Assembly (NCBI GenBank): GCA_963834385.1
Contig: CAWIBO010000002.1
Coordinates: 1,152,001-1,216,000 of the forward strand
Source of the DNA: an uncultured Verrucomicrobiae bacterium
Lineage (GTDB): Bacteria; Verrucomicrobiota; Verrucomicrobiia; Chthoniobacterales; UBA10450
Length of the DNA: 64,000 bases
Reading direction: 5' to 3'
This document shows, piece after piece, positions 1-9,785 of this stretch (position 1 is the first letter of the stretch; each line of letters starts with the position of its first letter). The notes below the pieces were generated by a model, which worked only from the letters and a program-made list of their open reading frames with translations, was not told the origin of the DNA and did not search any database. The position numbers were made by a program, and so were the translations under genes.

Positions 1-25
1 AGGCTCCGCGGAGCGTCGCCCTACC
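1..25 (-). repeat. GTAG-type REP hairpin (variant GGTAGGGCGACGCTCCGCGGAGCCT)
   Basis: Identical copy at 925-949, near-identical at 1353-1377. Confidence 0.8.
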
Positions 26-184
26 GGAGTAGCAGCTCGGCCCAGGTGGTTTCGCTGCCGGAATTGGCTTCCCCAAATCAAGCGCCGCCGCGGTTGAGAT
101 GCGTTTTGAGTTTCTCCCACAGGTGGCCTCCGACATCTCGACCATCACGGTATCGATCGGGCAGGCGTGCCTACGTGCACGGCG

Positions 185-628
185 TCACCCTTCCAGCGCG
201 TCAAGATCAGCCAGATCCTGCGGACGACCGACGGCTCGCTTGTTCGCAATCAGCAGTGGTTTGCTGAGAAAGGCGACGGGAACCCCGTCGAGTTGAGCCT
301 CGACCTTGCTGTTGAACGCGTCCTCTGCGCTGACCCCGGTGATTCCGGTCAGGAGATCAATTCGATTTGGGGCGCGACCAAGCTGAATGATTTGTTCCGG
401 CTTGGTGAAATCTGTCGCGGTGATCTCCGCATCGGCGAAGCCGAACTCCGCAAGCACAGCGATCATTTTCCCGGCGTTCTGCGCGGTCGGCCGAATGAAT
501 ACGTCGAGATCGCCGGTGTAGCGCGGCCGGGCATGGAAGGCCAGGCTGTGTGCGCCCACAACTAGATACTCAACGCCGTGGGAATTGAGTAATGCGACAA
601 ACTCTCTCGAGTCGTTGCTCAGGGGCAT
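185..628 (-). CDS. Minimal nucleotidyltransferase (DUF6036-like)
   Basis: VVGAHSLAFHARPRYTGDLD NTase motif; C-terminal NKRAVGRPQDLADL. Confidence 0.75.
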   Translation of the reverse strand: MPLSNDSREFVALLNSHGVEYLVVGAHSLAFHARPRYTGDLDVFIRPTAQNAGKMIAVLAEFGFADAEITATDFTKPEQIIQLGRAPNRIDLLTGITGVSAEDAFNSKVEAQLDGVPVAFLSKPLLIANKRAVGRPQDLADLDALEG

Positions 629-746
629 GGTTCAGAAGCTCGAGGAGCAGATCGACGCGTTCCTGCGGGGTAAGGCTTTTGTAAAACTCGCGGTCGGCTC
701 TCTCCGCTTCCTCGAAGCTGCGGAACTTGGCGACCCTCTTTTGCAT
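570..746 (-). CDS. Small helical partner of the nucleotidyltransferase (putative TA component)
   Basis: 58 aa, FEEAERADREFYKSLTPQERV; overlaps the NTase start by 59 bp. Confidence 0.6.
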   Translation of the reverse strand: MQKRVAKFRSFEEAERADREFYKSLTPQERVDLLLELLNHAPEQRLERVCRITQFPRR

Positions 747-828
747 ATTCCAAGGTAGCAAACGGCGACGAGTTTGCCGAGATGCGAATTCAGTGGACTT
801 CGCAGTTTGAAAACTGTGCTCTTAATAG

Positions 829-949
829 GACAGGATTAACAGGATGGACAGGATTCGGAGCGAGGAAGAAGAGGGTTCCCTTCGGTGACACACAGCGCCT
901 GAGGTGTCGGCGGCGCGTGCTCCCAGGCTCCGCGGAGCGTCGCCCTACC
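829..949. repeat. Repeat array: 9-nt-period ACAGGAT module plus REP
   Basis: gacaggattaacaggatggacaggatt recurs at ~25979, ~29125, ~32906. Confidence 0.75.
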
Positions 950-969
950 GAAGTAGCCAGCCTGCCAAA

Positions 970-998
970 GGAAAAGCCGCTCGGGTGAGCGGCTTTCC
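970..998 (-). terminator. Intrinsic terminator
   Basis: ggaaaagccgctc-gggt-gagcggctttcc just after the 1018-1227 gene. Confidence 0.65.
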
Positions 999-1017
999 AT
1001 TCTCGATGAGCTTGTGC

Positions 1018-1227
1018 TTACGACGGCTTTTCGTCGTCCGCCGGCGGGCACTTTTCGCACGTCTCGCCATCCTTGGCCGCCTGGACGCAGCAGGGATGGG
1101 CGCATTCCTTGCCGGCTTTCTTGGCTTCGGCGCAGCATTTGGCGTGGGAATCCTCGGTGGCGAAACCGGGGCCGGTCATGAGGGCGACGGCGAACATCGC
1201 CGCGAAAAGCAATTTCAGGGATTTCAT
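1018..1227 (-). CDS. Small secreted Cys-rich protein
   Basis: Signal peptide; CC..CxHxCC..CxxC; followed by a terminator. Confidence 0.7.
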   Translation of the reverse strand: MKSLKLLFAAMFAVALMTGPGFATEDSHAKCCAEAKKAGKECAHPCCVQAAKDGETCEKCPPADDEKPS

Positions 1228-1352
1228 GAAGCCGGTTGTAGAGCGAAATGCCGCCGCGTGTAAAGCCGTGAGTTGGCTCCCGAAAGGGGCAGAGGACGGG
1301 TTCTAAGCCGCGGGCAGGACGGGCGATTCGCGGGTCGGCTGCGCCTTCTCCC

Positions 1353-1506
1353 AAGCTCCGCAGAGCGTCGCCCTACCGGGTAGGCGCGGTCCCCGCACCA
1401 TTCACGATTCACCATCCTCCATTCACGTCCTTCTTCGCTCTCCTCGGTAGGGCGAGACTCTGTCGAGCCTGGGAGTACGGTCCGCTGCTCTTAAGAAGAC
1501 AGGATT
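1353..1506. repeat. Repeat array: two REPs plus ATTCAC heptamer module
   Basis: REP(-) 1353-1377, ccattcacgattcacc ~1398, REP(+) 1446-1470. Confidence 0.75.
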
Positions 1507-1560
1507 TCAGGAAAGGTCCGGGCGTGCCCTGCGCGAGCGGCGCGCTATCTTGCCCTGGCG

Positions 1561-2815
1561 ATGCAGGCTCCGACTTCCCGGGATTCCATGGTGCGAGACT
1601 GGCTGCCGGTCGCGGCCTGGACGCTCTTCATCTACTTTACGATCCCGCTGGCGCGCACCCTGCAGACCTGGGTGATGGAGTATTCGACCCGGGCGCGCAT
1701 TTTCCTGGGCGGCCTATGCCTCGGTCGCGCTCGGAGTGCTCCTGGCGCTGGGTCACTTCCGCCGGCGGGCCACGCCGATCACCCGCCGGCAATGGATCGT
1801 GCTCGGTCTCCTGGCCGCCATCTTCGCCTGGGGCACCTGGCGTCTGCGCGGAAGCGCCGAGGAAGCCATGCACCTGCCGCAGTACGGTGTCCTTTCGCTT
1901 TTGCTTTATCGGGCCTTCAGCCGTCGTTACGGCGATCGCGGCGCTTATGTCTGCTCGGCGCTCGCGGGAGCGTTTCTCGGCATCTTCGACGAGGTCATTC
2001 AATGGGCGGTGCCGCTCCGGTTCTTCGAGTTCCGGGACATCCGGATCAATGTCCTTTCGGTTCTGCTCATCCAGGCCGCTTTGGTCGGGGGCCTGGCCAC
2101 GGGCGTCCGGGCCGTCCCGGCGGGAATCCGTTCGGCACGCATGGCCTGGTCTCTCGCGGTTCTCGTCCTGCTCCTTCTCTTCGGCTGCTTCTCGAACACG
2201 ACTTCTGTCTGGCGCCCTTTGCAGGCCCAATGGCCTAATCTTTTTGTCTTCGGCGAGGCCATGGTGCATTACGGCCATCGGATCCGCGACCCGGAAGCCG
2301 GCCGGTTCAAATCGCGCCTGACGGCGAAGCAGTTGCGCGAAAGCGACAGGACCCGCGCCGAAGAGGCGGGCGAAATTCTTCGTCGCTTTGGAGGCGACGA
2401 CGTCTACGAGCTGTTCCTGGGACGTTATGGTCCCGAGCAGGACCCCTTCCTGTATGAAATGCGCGTCCGCTTGTTTCGCCGCGATCGTTATTGGACGCGC
2501 GCGCAGGAGAAGCGGCACCGGCCCGCGAAGGAAAAAGAATTTCTCGCCATCGCCTTCACGGAGCAGCAGCTCCTGGAAAACTGGTTTCCGAACAGTTTGC
2601 GCGCCGCGGGCCGCGACTGGTCGCCCGAGCAGCGCGCGCGCGCAGCCGCGGTCGCCGGCGGGGAGCATCGGGAGAGCCAGGTGAGCCGGGAACTTCTCAC
2701 CGGCCTTACCCAGCCGCAGGCGCAGATGATTCTGGTGGCGCTGCTCGTTGTCGTGGCGCTTGCCGGCGCGTATGATTCTGGGCGGCGTCGCCGGAAAGGC
2801 ATGCCCTTACCATGA
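1561..2815 (+). CDS. VanZ-like membrane protein (frameshift ~1720)
   Basis: EAMHLPQYGVL, DEVIQW...R.FEFRDI..N motifs; N-terminus in another frame. Confidence 0.6.
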
Positions 2816-3735
2816 TGGACCGACGACGTTTCCTGGCCGCCTCCGGGGCGGCCCTCCTGTCCCTCGGCTGGCCACGAAGAGCCTCCTGGGCGGCGCCGGG
2901 CGGACCCAGGGAGTCGCTCCGCCTCCTTTTTTTCACCGATATCCACGCGCGGGTTGAATGGGACGTGCCGGAAGCGATGTCACGCGCCGCGAAGCAGATG
3001 AATGAGCAGCGGGCGGACCTGGCGGTGTGCGGCGGCGACTGTATCACCGACGGATTTCAATCCGCGCGCGAAGCCGTGGCGCATCGCTGGCAGGCTTATC
3101 GCAAACATCTGCGCGATCAGCTTTCGCTGCCCGCGTTCACGGCCATCGGGAATCACGATCTCACCGGCGCGATCCCGGAGGACGGCAGCGAACCCGAGCC
3201 CGACCCGCGGGCCGCGTTTCGCGAGGAGTTCGGGATTCCGAGGACGTTCTTCTCCGCCGAGGCCGGAGGCTATCACCTCATCGTGCTCGACGGTTTGCAG
3301 ATCACGGGCGACGCCCTGAAGTTCCGCGGCTTTGTCGAGGAAGCGCAGCTCGCCTGGCTGCGCGAGGAACTCACGCGCGTCCGCCGCGAAACGCCGATCA
3401 TCCTTGTCACGCACATTCCGCTGCTCACGAGTTTCTTCCAGGCTACGGCGGGTCACGACGAAGGCGCGCCCCGCAACCGGGTGGTGGTCAATCACCGCGA
3501 GGTGCTCGACTGCTTCGCGAAGCACCGGCTGCACCTGGTCCTGCAGGGCCACCTGCACGTGAACGAGATGCTGCGCTGGCGCGGGACGACCTTCATCACC
3601 GGCGGCGCCGTCTGCGGAAAATGGTGGCGGGGTGCCTGGCACGGCACCGATGCCGGGTTTGGAGTTCTGACCCTGCGACCCGACCGCGTGGATTGGGAAT
3701 ACAGCGAAATCGGCTGGGTACCCCGCCGCCCCTGA
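2812..3735 (+). CDS. Tat-exported calcineurin-like metallophosphoesterase
   Basis: RRRFL Tat signal; TDIH, GGD, GNHD, GHLH motifs. Confidence 0.9.
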   Translation: MMDRRRFLAASGAALLSLGWPRRASWAAPGGPRESLRLLFFTDIHARVEWDVPEAMSRAAKQMNEQRADLAVCGGDCITDGFQSAREAVAHRWQAYRKHLRDQLSLPAFTAIGNHDLTGAIPEDGSEPEPDPRAAFREEFGIPRTFFSAEAGGYHLIVLDGLQITGDALKFRGFVEEAQLAWLREELTRVRRETPIILVTHIPLLTSFFQATAGHDEGAPRNRVVVNHREVLDCFAKHRLHLVLQGHLHVNEMLRWRGTTFITGGAVCGKWWRGAWHGTDAGFGVLTLRPDRVDWEYSEIGWVPRRP

Positions 3736-3789
3736 GGGCGCGGGCGACCGGCTGACACCGGGGGCTAACTCACCGCTCAGCAGCCGGCT

Positions 3790-4227
3790 CTATTTCAGGA
3801 CCGACTGGTGGAACTCGTACCAGTCGTCGAGATTGTTCAGCTGGACGGCGTCGCGGTAGGAACAGCTCTCATCGGAAAGATTGTTGTTCTTAAAGATGGT
3901 CTGGCGCGTTTCGTCGTCGTGATTGTAACCGCGCACGGCGGCGTTGTGTTTCTCGATGGCCGCTCCATCGAATTTGCCGTTCTGCTTTACCCATTCCTCA
4001 AACTGGGGATAGGTCGGTTTCTTCTGTTTGATAAAATCTTTCACCGCCTGCTCCTCCAGGCCAAGCGCGGAGAGGGTCATGGAATCGTAGCCTTTGCCGC
4101 AGCCAGGATAACCGGACGCCAGTTTGCCGGCCGCCTCAAGCGAGAGCTTTTGCCAAAACCGCGGCAGGTGAAGGACGCCGAGGGGACCGGCTGTGCCGGA
4201 GCTGATCAAAGGAACATGTGTAGCCAT
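3790..4227 (-). CDS. DUF5069-like protein
   Basis: LGVLHLPRFWQK...YPGCGKGYD motif. Confidence 0.6.
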   Translation of the reverse strand: MATHVPLISSGTAGPLGVLHLPRFWQKLSLEAAGKLASGYPGCGKGYDSMTLSALGLEEQAVKDFIKQKKPTYPQFEEWVKQNGKFDGAAIEKHNAAVRGYNHDDETRQTIFKNNNLSDESCSYRDAVQLNNLDDWYEFHQSVLK

Positions 4228-4279
4228 GAGAACAGTCTAGGGCGCGGGGAGAGCTGACGCCAGCCCGCTGTGATGGCGG

Positions 4280-4708
4280 TCAGTCCGCCTGGGAAGCCGC
4301 CGCCGCTTTCGCCCGAACAGGCTTGGTCACCTTCGGTTTCAGGGCTTCAATCACGGCATTGTAATTCTCATGACGGGCCACTTTGATGTGCCGGGTCCTG
4401 AGATGCTCAATGAGTGGGTCGTATCCCTTGTCCTTGGAAACGATGTGAAAAAATGTCAACGGCTCGGCGATCGTCTTGTGTCCCAAGTAATAGGCCAGCG
4501 CGAAATCGACCGCGTTCTTCCCAGCCTTCTCCAGTCGAACCAGTTCGACGGTCGCCCGGTGATGCAAGAGCGCCTGGACCGTTCGAGTCTCGAGCGAATG
4601 ATTCTGCGCTCCCAGCAACAAGGTGATCGTGGTCCGTTCCAGAGCGAAAATTCGTGGATCGACGCTCTTCATGTTCTCGTAGTCGATGAAGACGTAATTT
4701 TGCGCCAT
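4280..4708 (-). CDS. PIN/NYN-like domain protein
   Basis: FIDYEN, GKNAVDF, IVSKDKGYDPL. Confidence 0.8.
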   Translation of the reverse strand: MAQNYVFIDYENMKSVDPRIFALERTTITLLLGAQNHSLETRTVQALLHHRATVELVRLEKAGKNAVDFALAYYLGHKTIAEPLTFFHIVSKDKGYDPLIEHLRTRHIKVARHENYNAVIEALKPKVTKPVRAKAAAASQAD

Positions 4709-4783
4709 CGCCGGGAGTCGAGCAGGCAGGGACTCCGTCGCCAAGGAAAAACCCCTGCCGGGAAGGAGCTTCTCTCGACCGCC

Positions 4784-4969
4784 TCAGCGGACGAGAAGAG
4801 AGTAGGCAGCCACGGCCAGGAGCAGGCCGGCCACGATCAGCCAGGGGAGGTTCGCGGCGTCGAGGCGCAGCCGGGGACCGCCGCCCACCGGAAGCGGTGC
4901 GCAATGCCGGCAGCGATGGTCAACGATCGACAGGGCATAACCGCAGGTGGGGCAATCTTCGAGGGGCAC
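4784..4969 (-). CDS. Small zinc-ribbon membrane protein
   Basis: CPTC..CRHC plus C-terminal TM helix. Confidence 0.6.
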   Translation of the reverse strand: MPLEDCPTCGYALSIVDHRCRHCAPLPVGGGPRLRLDAANLPWLIVAGLLLAVAAYSLLVR

Positions 4970-5159
4970 CGTTCACCCATCGCAGGCTTTGGCGATTAAG
5001 CGAGAGAGGAGAGACGTGACGCTGCCGCCCCGGCCTTGACTCGGTTGCAGGCTTTCGCGATTCCCCCCGGCGCACAAAGCGTTGACTTCTGAGCCTTTAG
5101 CTGGCGAGACTTGCGGATCGACCCGGAAAAACCGGCTCATCAACCCGAAGGAAGAACTT

Positions 5160-5528
5160 ATGAAACTGATTACTCCATTGGCGGTCCTGGCCAGCGCCAC
5201 GCTGGTCCTGACCGCTTGCGACACGAAGACGGCCAATTCCATCAAGGAAAAGGCGGACGCCGCCAAGGACGCGGTTGAAGCCAAGACCGAGGAAGCAAAG
5301 GAAACGGCTGAGAAAAAGATCGATGAAGCGACGGAGGCGGCCAAGAAGGCAGCCCCGGATGCTGCTGCGGCCGTGGAAAACATGGCGGAGAAGGCCAAGG
5401 AGGCCACCGAAAGCGCCGTGGAAAAAACAAAGGACGCGGCTGAGACTGCGGTCGAGAAGGTCAAGGACGCGGCGGATGACGCCGTTGACTCCGCCCGGGA
5501 GGCGGCTTCGCCTGCGGCGACCCCGTAG
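5160..5528 (+). CDS. Lipoprotein, Ala/Lys/Glu-rich helical (LEA-like)
   Basis: Lipobox LTAC; amphipathic repeats; downstream terminator. Confidence 0.8.
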   Translation: MKLITPLAVLASATLVLTACDTKTANSIKEKADAAKDAVEAKTEEAKETAEKKIDEATEAAKKAAPDAAAAVENMAEKAKEATESAVEKTKDAAETAVEKVKDAADDAVDSAREAASPAATP

Positions 5529-5550
5529 CATCCAGCGTGTTTACTTGCGG

Positions 5551-5581
5551 ACAGCCGGGTTCACCAGGAGCCCGGCTGTTT
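5551..5581 (+). terminator. Intrinsic terminator
   Basis: acagccggg...cccggctgt followed by a short T tract. Confidence 0.6.
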
Positions 5582-5713
5582 CGCCTCCGCTACTCGACCG
5601 GGTTTCGTGCGCGATTCCGCGCGCCCGCCGGAGCGCGGATTTCCGGGCGCGCGCATTCGCGCACGATAGCGGTCACCACCGGGGATACCGGGCGGCAACC
5701 TCCGGAATTGGCG

Positions 5714-6142
5714 CTAGGGTGAACCCGCAGGTGCCGGGCTTGCCTTGGTCGCGGGACGGGTGGTGGTCGGAGCAATCTCGCCCGCTGGAACCTTCCGGGG
5801 CGGAAGTGAACTGGTCGGCTTCACCCCGCTGACCGGAACGCGTCCGCCATCAACGGGGCGCTTTTTGATCGGCGGGACCCGGTTGGCCTTGGGCGCACCG
5901 GCCGCATCCATGCACCGGTTCCATTTTGTGAGGCAGTTGTCCTCGCATTTGCTGCGGGTGGCCGAATCCTGGCTGCCCTGGCAAAATTCAACGCACTGCA
6001 CCACCGCGCTATTGCAGTTGGAGATTGCCTTGGCATTGGGCTGTGCCCCCTGATTGTCCGCGGCCTGGAGCAGGCAGGCCACGGCGAGAAACGCCGCCCC
6101 ACCGACAAGTCCAACAACCGCGCTGATCCTGGATTTTTTCAT
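5714..6142 (-). CDS. Secreted Cys-rich helical-hairpin protein with Pro-rich tail
   Basis: Signal peptide; Cx6Cx3C...Cx3Cx6C. Confidence 0.6.
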   Translation of the reverse strand: MKKSRISAVVGLVGGAAFLAVACLLQAADNQGAQPNAKAISNCNSAVVQCVEFCQGSQDSATRSKCEDNCLTKWNRCMDAAGAPKANRVPPIKKRPVDGGRVPVSGVKPTSSLPPRKVPAGEIAPTTTRPATKASPAPAGSP

Positions 6143-6314
6143 AAGAATTTCCTCCGGTCGTCATTCCACCGCGGAACGGTCCGTCCGGCAAGAACAGAGT
6201 TCGCCTCCGCCGTCTCATGAGCACGGCGGCGGAGCGGTCGCCGCGGGACCGGCGCGCGGTCAATGTTTCCGCCGGAAAAGGAGCCGACATTGCCCTGTCG
6301 CGCGAACCTTCTGG

Positions 6315-7332
6315 ATGCCCAAGCCGCTTTTGATCCTGAACGCCACCGCCGGTCCCGACGATTCCAATGAGGAAACGATCAAGGACGTTTTGGCCGGGCT
6401 GGCCCGCGGCGGGCTCGAGCCGGACGTTGTCTTCACGCGCGAAGACCTCTCCGCCCGTGAACTGGCCCGGCGAGCCGTGGCGGAAGGGCGCGAGATGGTG
6501 CTTGGTGGGCGGCGGCGACGGCACGGTCAGCGAGGTGGCTGCGACCCTGGTGCAGCAACCGATCACGCTGGGCATCATCCCGATCGGGACGTTCAATAAT
6601 ATCGCGCGCTCACTCGGTCTTGTGCCCGAACCGGAGGAGGCCTGCGCCGTGGTCACCGGCGGATACACCCGCGAGATCGACATCGGCCTCGCCAACGGGA
6701 CCCACCCCTTTTTCGAGGCCGCCGGCGTCGGTCTCGACGCGACTCTTTTCCCGATCGGCGAAGAGATCAAAGGCGGCCGCTGGATTCGGCTGTTCGAGGC
6801 GGCCCGGCTCACCCTGGCTTACCAGCGAGTCTCGCTTCGGCTGACCTTCCAGGAACCGTTGGCGGAAGTGATTCCGAGCCGGCAACGTCGCCGCGGCTCC
6901 CGTGCCCGGCGCGGGCATCGTCTGCGGCGTCGGGCTCTTCTGGTGGTGGTGGCGAACGGCCCCTATTACGGCGGCGGCTTCACCGTCGCCCCGGGTGCGC
7001 GCCTCACCGATGGCCGCCTGACGGTGACGATCTACCGGCGTTTTTCGAAATGGCAGTTGCTCCGGCACTTCTGGTCGATCAGCCGGGGCCGTTATCATTA
7101 TTCACCGAGGGTCGAGACCTTTAATACCCGCGAAGTGACGCTTTCCTCGCGTCGGCCGGTGCCGGTGCATGTGGATGGCAAACCATTTGGGCGCACGCCG
7201 GTGCGCCTGAGCGCGTTGCCGCGCGCTCTGCGCGTGCTGGTGCCGCGCCCGGGACAGGAGAAGGAGGAAGATTCTTTGCCGGTGGCGCTGCCGGCCGAGG
7301 AAGAACCCGCGGAGGCGACAACCCATGGCTGA
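6315..7332 (+). CDS. Diacylglycerol/lipid kinase family (frameshift ~6500)
   Basis: ILNATAG, GGGDGTV, IPIGTFNN, NGPYYGGG, HVDG. Confidence 0.85.
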
Positions 7333-8315
7333 GCGGGGCAAAAGAGGGGCCCGTCGCAAGGTGGCGCGCGCGCTGGAGGAGGGGTTGGCCGGGGTGGACT
7401 CCGACAAAGCCGCCGAGGAGACGCTGGCCGGGCTCGAGCAAAAAACAAAAGGGGTCAGACAAGGCGACGTGGCGAAAAAGAAGCCGGCCGATCCGGCCGG
7501 GGTGGCGGCGGCAAAGATTGCCCGGGCCGCCCGCAAACGGAAGAAGACCGCGGCCATCCTCGAGCAGACAGCGCAGGAGATCGCGCAGGAACCTTCTCCC
7601 GACGAGGCCCAGCCGATTGATGAAGGGATTGAGGAGGCAGCGCGGGAAGAGGAAAACGAACCGGCCGCAGTGCGGCAGGGACGCCGCCGCCTGCGCAAAC
7701 AACTTTTCCGCCGGCTCGGACCGTTGCAGGCGCTGGATGCCGCCCTCTTCACCCAGATCAACGAACTGCCGCACCCGCCGGTGGTGGATCGCGCGGTCTC
7801 CCGGTTCAGCCGTTACATGACCGGCGGTCACGCCTGGGCGCTGGTGCTCCTGGCGGCGGCGTTGCATGACCCGGCCCGGAGCCGCCGCGCCACCCTCGGG
7901 GTGATGCCTGCGCTCTGGCTGACCACCCTGACGGTGGAGCAGGTGATCAAGCGCTTCTTCCGTCGTCGCCGCCCATTCATCTCCATCGTGCAGGCCATCG
8001 TGGTGGGAAGAAAGCCGGGCAGTTATTCGTTTCCTTCCGGCCACACCGCAGCCGCCTTTGCCGGGGCCGTCCTGCTTATCCCTGTATTACCCGGGCGGCG
8101 CGAAATTTTTCCGTTTTGTGGCGGGCCTGGTCGGGTTCTCGCGCATTTATCTCGGGGCGCATTATCCGGGCGACGTCCTGAGCGGCGGCCTCACCGGCCT
8201 GGTCCTGGCGCGCACCTACCGGCGCCTTTTCCTCGCGGCCATCGGGCGGGCACCGCTCCTGCCTGCCCGGGCGGAAAAGACCATTCGCGCGGTGCTCCGG
8301 GAAAGCCGGGGCTGA
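7325..8315 (+). CDS. PAP2 family phosphatase (frameshift ~8075)
   Basis: KRFFRRRRP, SFPSGH, SRIYLGAHYPGDV split over two frames. Confidence 0.85.
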
Positions 8316-8413
8316 GCCGGGCCACCGGGCGCTGGCGGACCGCCTGAAAATCGGGTGTTGGTTCGCGCGGGAGCGCTGTCTATGATCGCCGCCTTGCGGG
8401 AAAGGCGGCCGCC

Positions 8414-9775
8414 ATGAAAGACTTTGTTTCCTCACTGTTGGATGATGTCCGGGCGCGCAACCCGGCCGAGCCCGAGTTTTACCAGGCTGTGCAGGAGGTG
8501 GCGGAGTCGCTGCAGCCGGTGCTCGATCAGCATCCGGAATATCGGAAGGCGAAGATCCTCGAGCGCATCATCGAGCCGGAGCGCGTCATCATGTTTCGGG
8601 TGCCCTGGCAGGACGACGCGGGGGAGCTGCACGTGAACCGCGGGTTCCGCGTGCAGATGAACAGCGCCATTGGTCCCTACAAGGGGGGCCTGCGTTTTCA
8701 TTCCTCGGTCAATCTCGGCATCCTGAAATTCCTCGCCTTTGAACAGGTCTTCAAAAACGCGCTCACCACCCTCCCGATGGGCGGCGGGAAAGGCGGCTCG
8801 GATTTCGATCCGCACGGCCGCAACGACAGCGAGGTGATGCGCTTTTGCCAGGCTTACATGTGCGAACTCTTCCGGCATATCGGGCCGGACACGGATGTGC
8901 CCGCGGGCGACATCGGGGTGGGCGCGCGCGAGATCGGTTATCTTTTTGGCATGTTCAAGCGGCTCAAGAACGAGTTTACCGGCGTCATGACCGGCAAAGG
9001 CCTGACCTGGGGCGGCTCGGTTATTCGTCCCGAGGCGACCGGTTACGGCTGCGTCTATTTCGCGGCCGAGATGTTGAAGACGCGCAAGGAAACACTGGAA
9101 GGCAAGACCTGCCTCGTCTCGGGGAGCGGCAACGTGGCGCAGTACACGGTGGATAAGCTGATCACCCTGGGAGCAAAGCCGGTCACCCTTTCCGATTCCA
9201 ACGGGTACATTTACGACGAGGCCGGGATTGACCGCGAGAAACTGGGGTTCGTCATGGACCTGAAGAACAACCGGCGTGGGCGCATGGCCGAGTATGCCGA
9301 GCGGTTCAAGGGCGCGGTTTACAGTGAGGCCGACCCGGCGCTCGACCATAACCCGCTCTGGCAGCACAAGGCGGAATGCGCTTTCCCGAGTGCCACGCAG
9401 AACGAGATCAACGGGAAAGACGCGGCCAATCTTTTGCGCGGCGGCGTCTACGTGGTCTCGGAAGGCGCCAACATGCCGACCACGATGGAGGGCGTAACCC
9501 AGTTCATCGATGCCGGCATTCTTTTTGCCCCGGGCAAGGCCGCAAACGCGGGCGGGGTTGCCACTTCAGGGCTGGAGATGGCGCAGAACAGCATGCGCAT
9601 CTCGTGGACGCGCGAGGAGGTGGACGCTCGGCTGCAGAACATCATGCGGACGATTCACGAGACCTGCCGGCGCACGGCCGAGCAGTATGGGACACCCGGG
9701 AACTACGTGAACGGCGCGAACATCGCCAGCTTCCGCAAAGTGGCGAACGCGATGATGGACCAGGGCCTCGTCTGA
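8414..9775 (+). CDS. gdhA: NADP-specific glutamate dehydrogenase
   Basis: GPYKGGLRFH, GGGKGG, RPEATGYG, GKAANAGGV. Confidence 0.97.
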   Translation: MKDFVSSLLDDVRARNPAEPEFYQAVQEVAESLQPVLDQHPEYRKAKILERIIEPERVIMFRVPWQDDAGELHVNRGFRVQMNSAIGPYKGGLRFHSSVNLGILKFLAFEQVFKNALTTLPMGGGKGGSDFDPHGRNDSEVMRFCQAYMCELFRHIGPDTDVPAGDIGVGAREIGYLFGMFKRLKNEFTGVMTGKGLTWGGSVIRPEATGYGCVYFAAEMLKTRKETLEGKTCLVSGSGNVAQYTVDKLITLGAKPVTLSDSNGYIYDEAGIDREKLGFVMDLKNNRRGRMAEYAERFKGAVYSEADPALDHNPLWQHKAECAFPSATQNEINGKDAANLLRGGVYVVSEGANMPTTMEGVTQFIDAGILFAPGKAANAGGVATSGLEMAQNSMRISWTREEVDARLQNIMRTIHETCRRTAEQYGTPGNYVNGANIASFRKVANAMMDQGLV

Positions 9776-9785
9776 AACGCGGAGC

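Noticed and set aside
4280..4708. PIN protein as VapC toxin
   Set aside because: NYN/LabA-like motif pattern and no adjacent antitoxin
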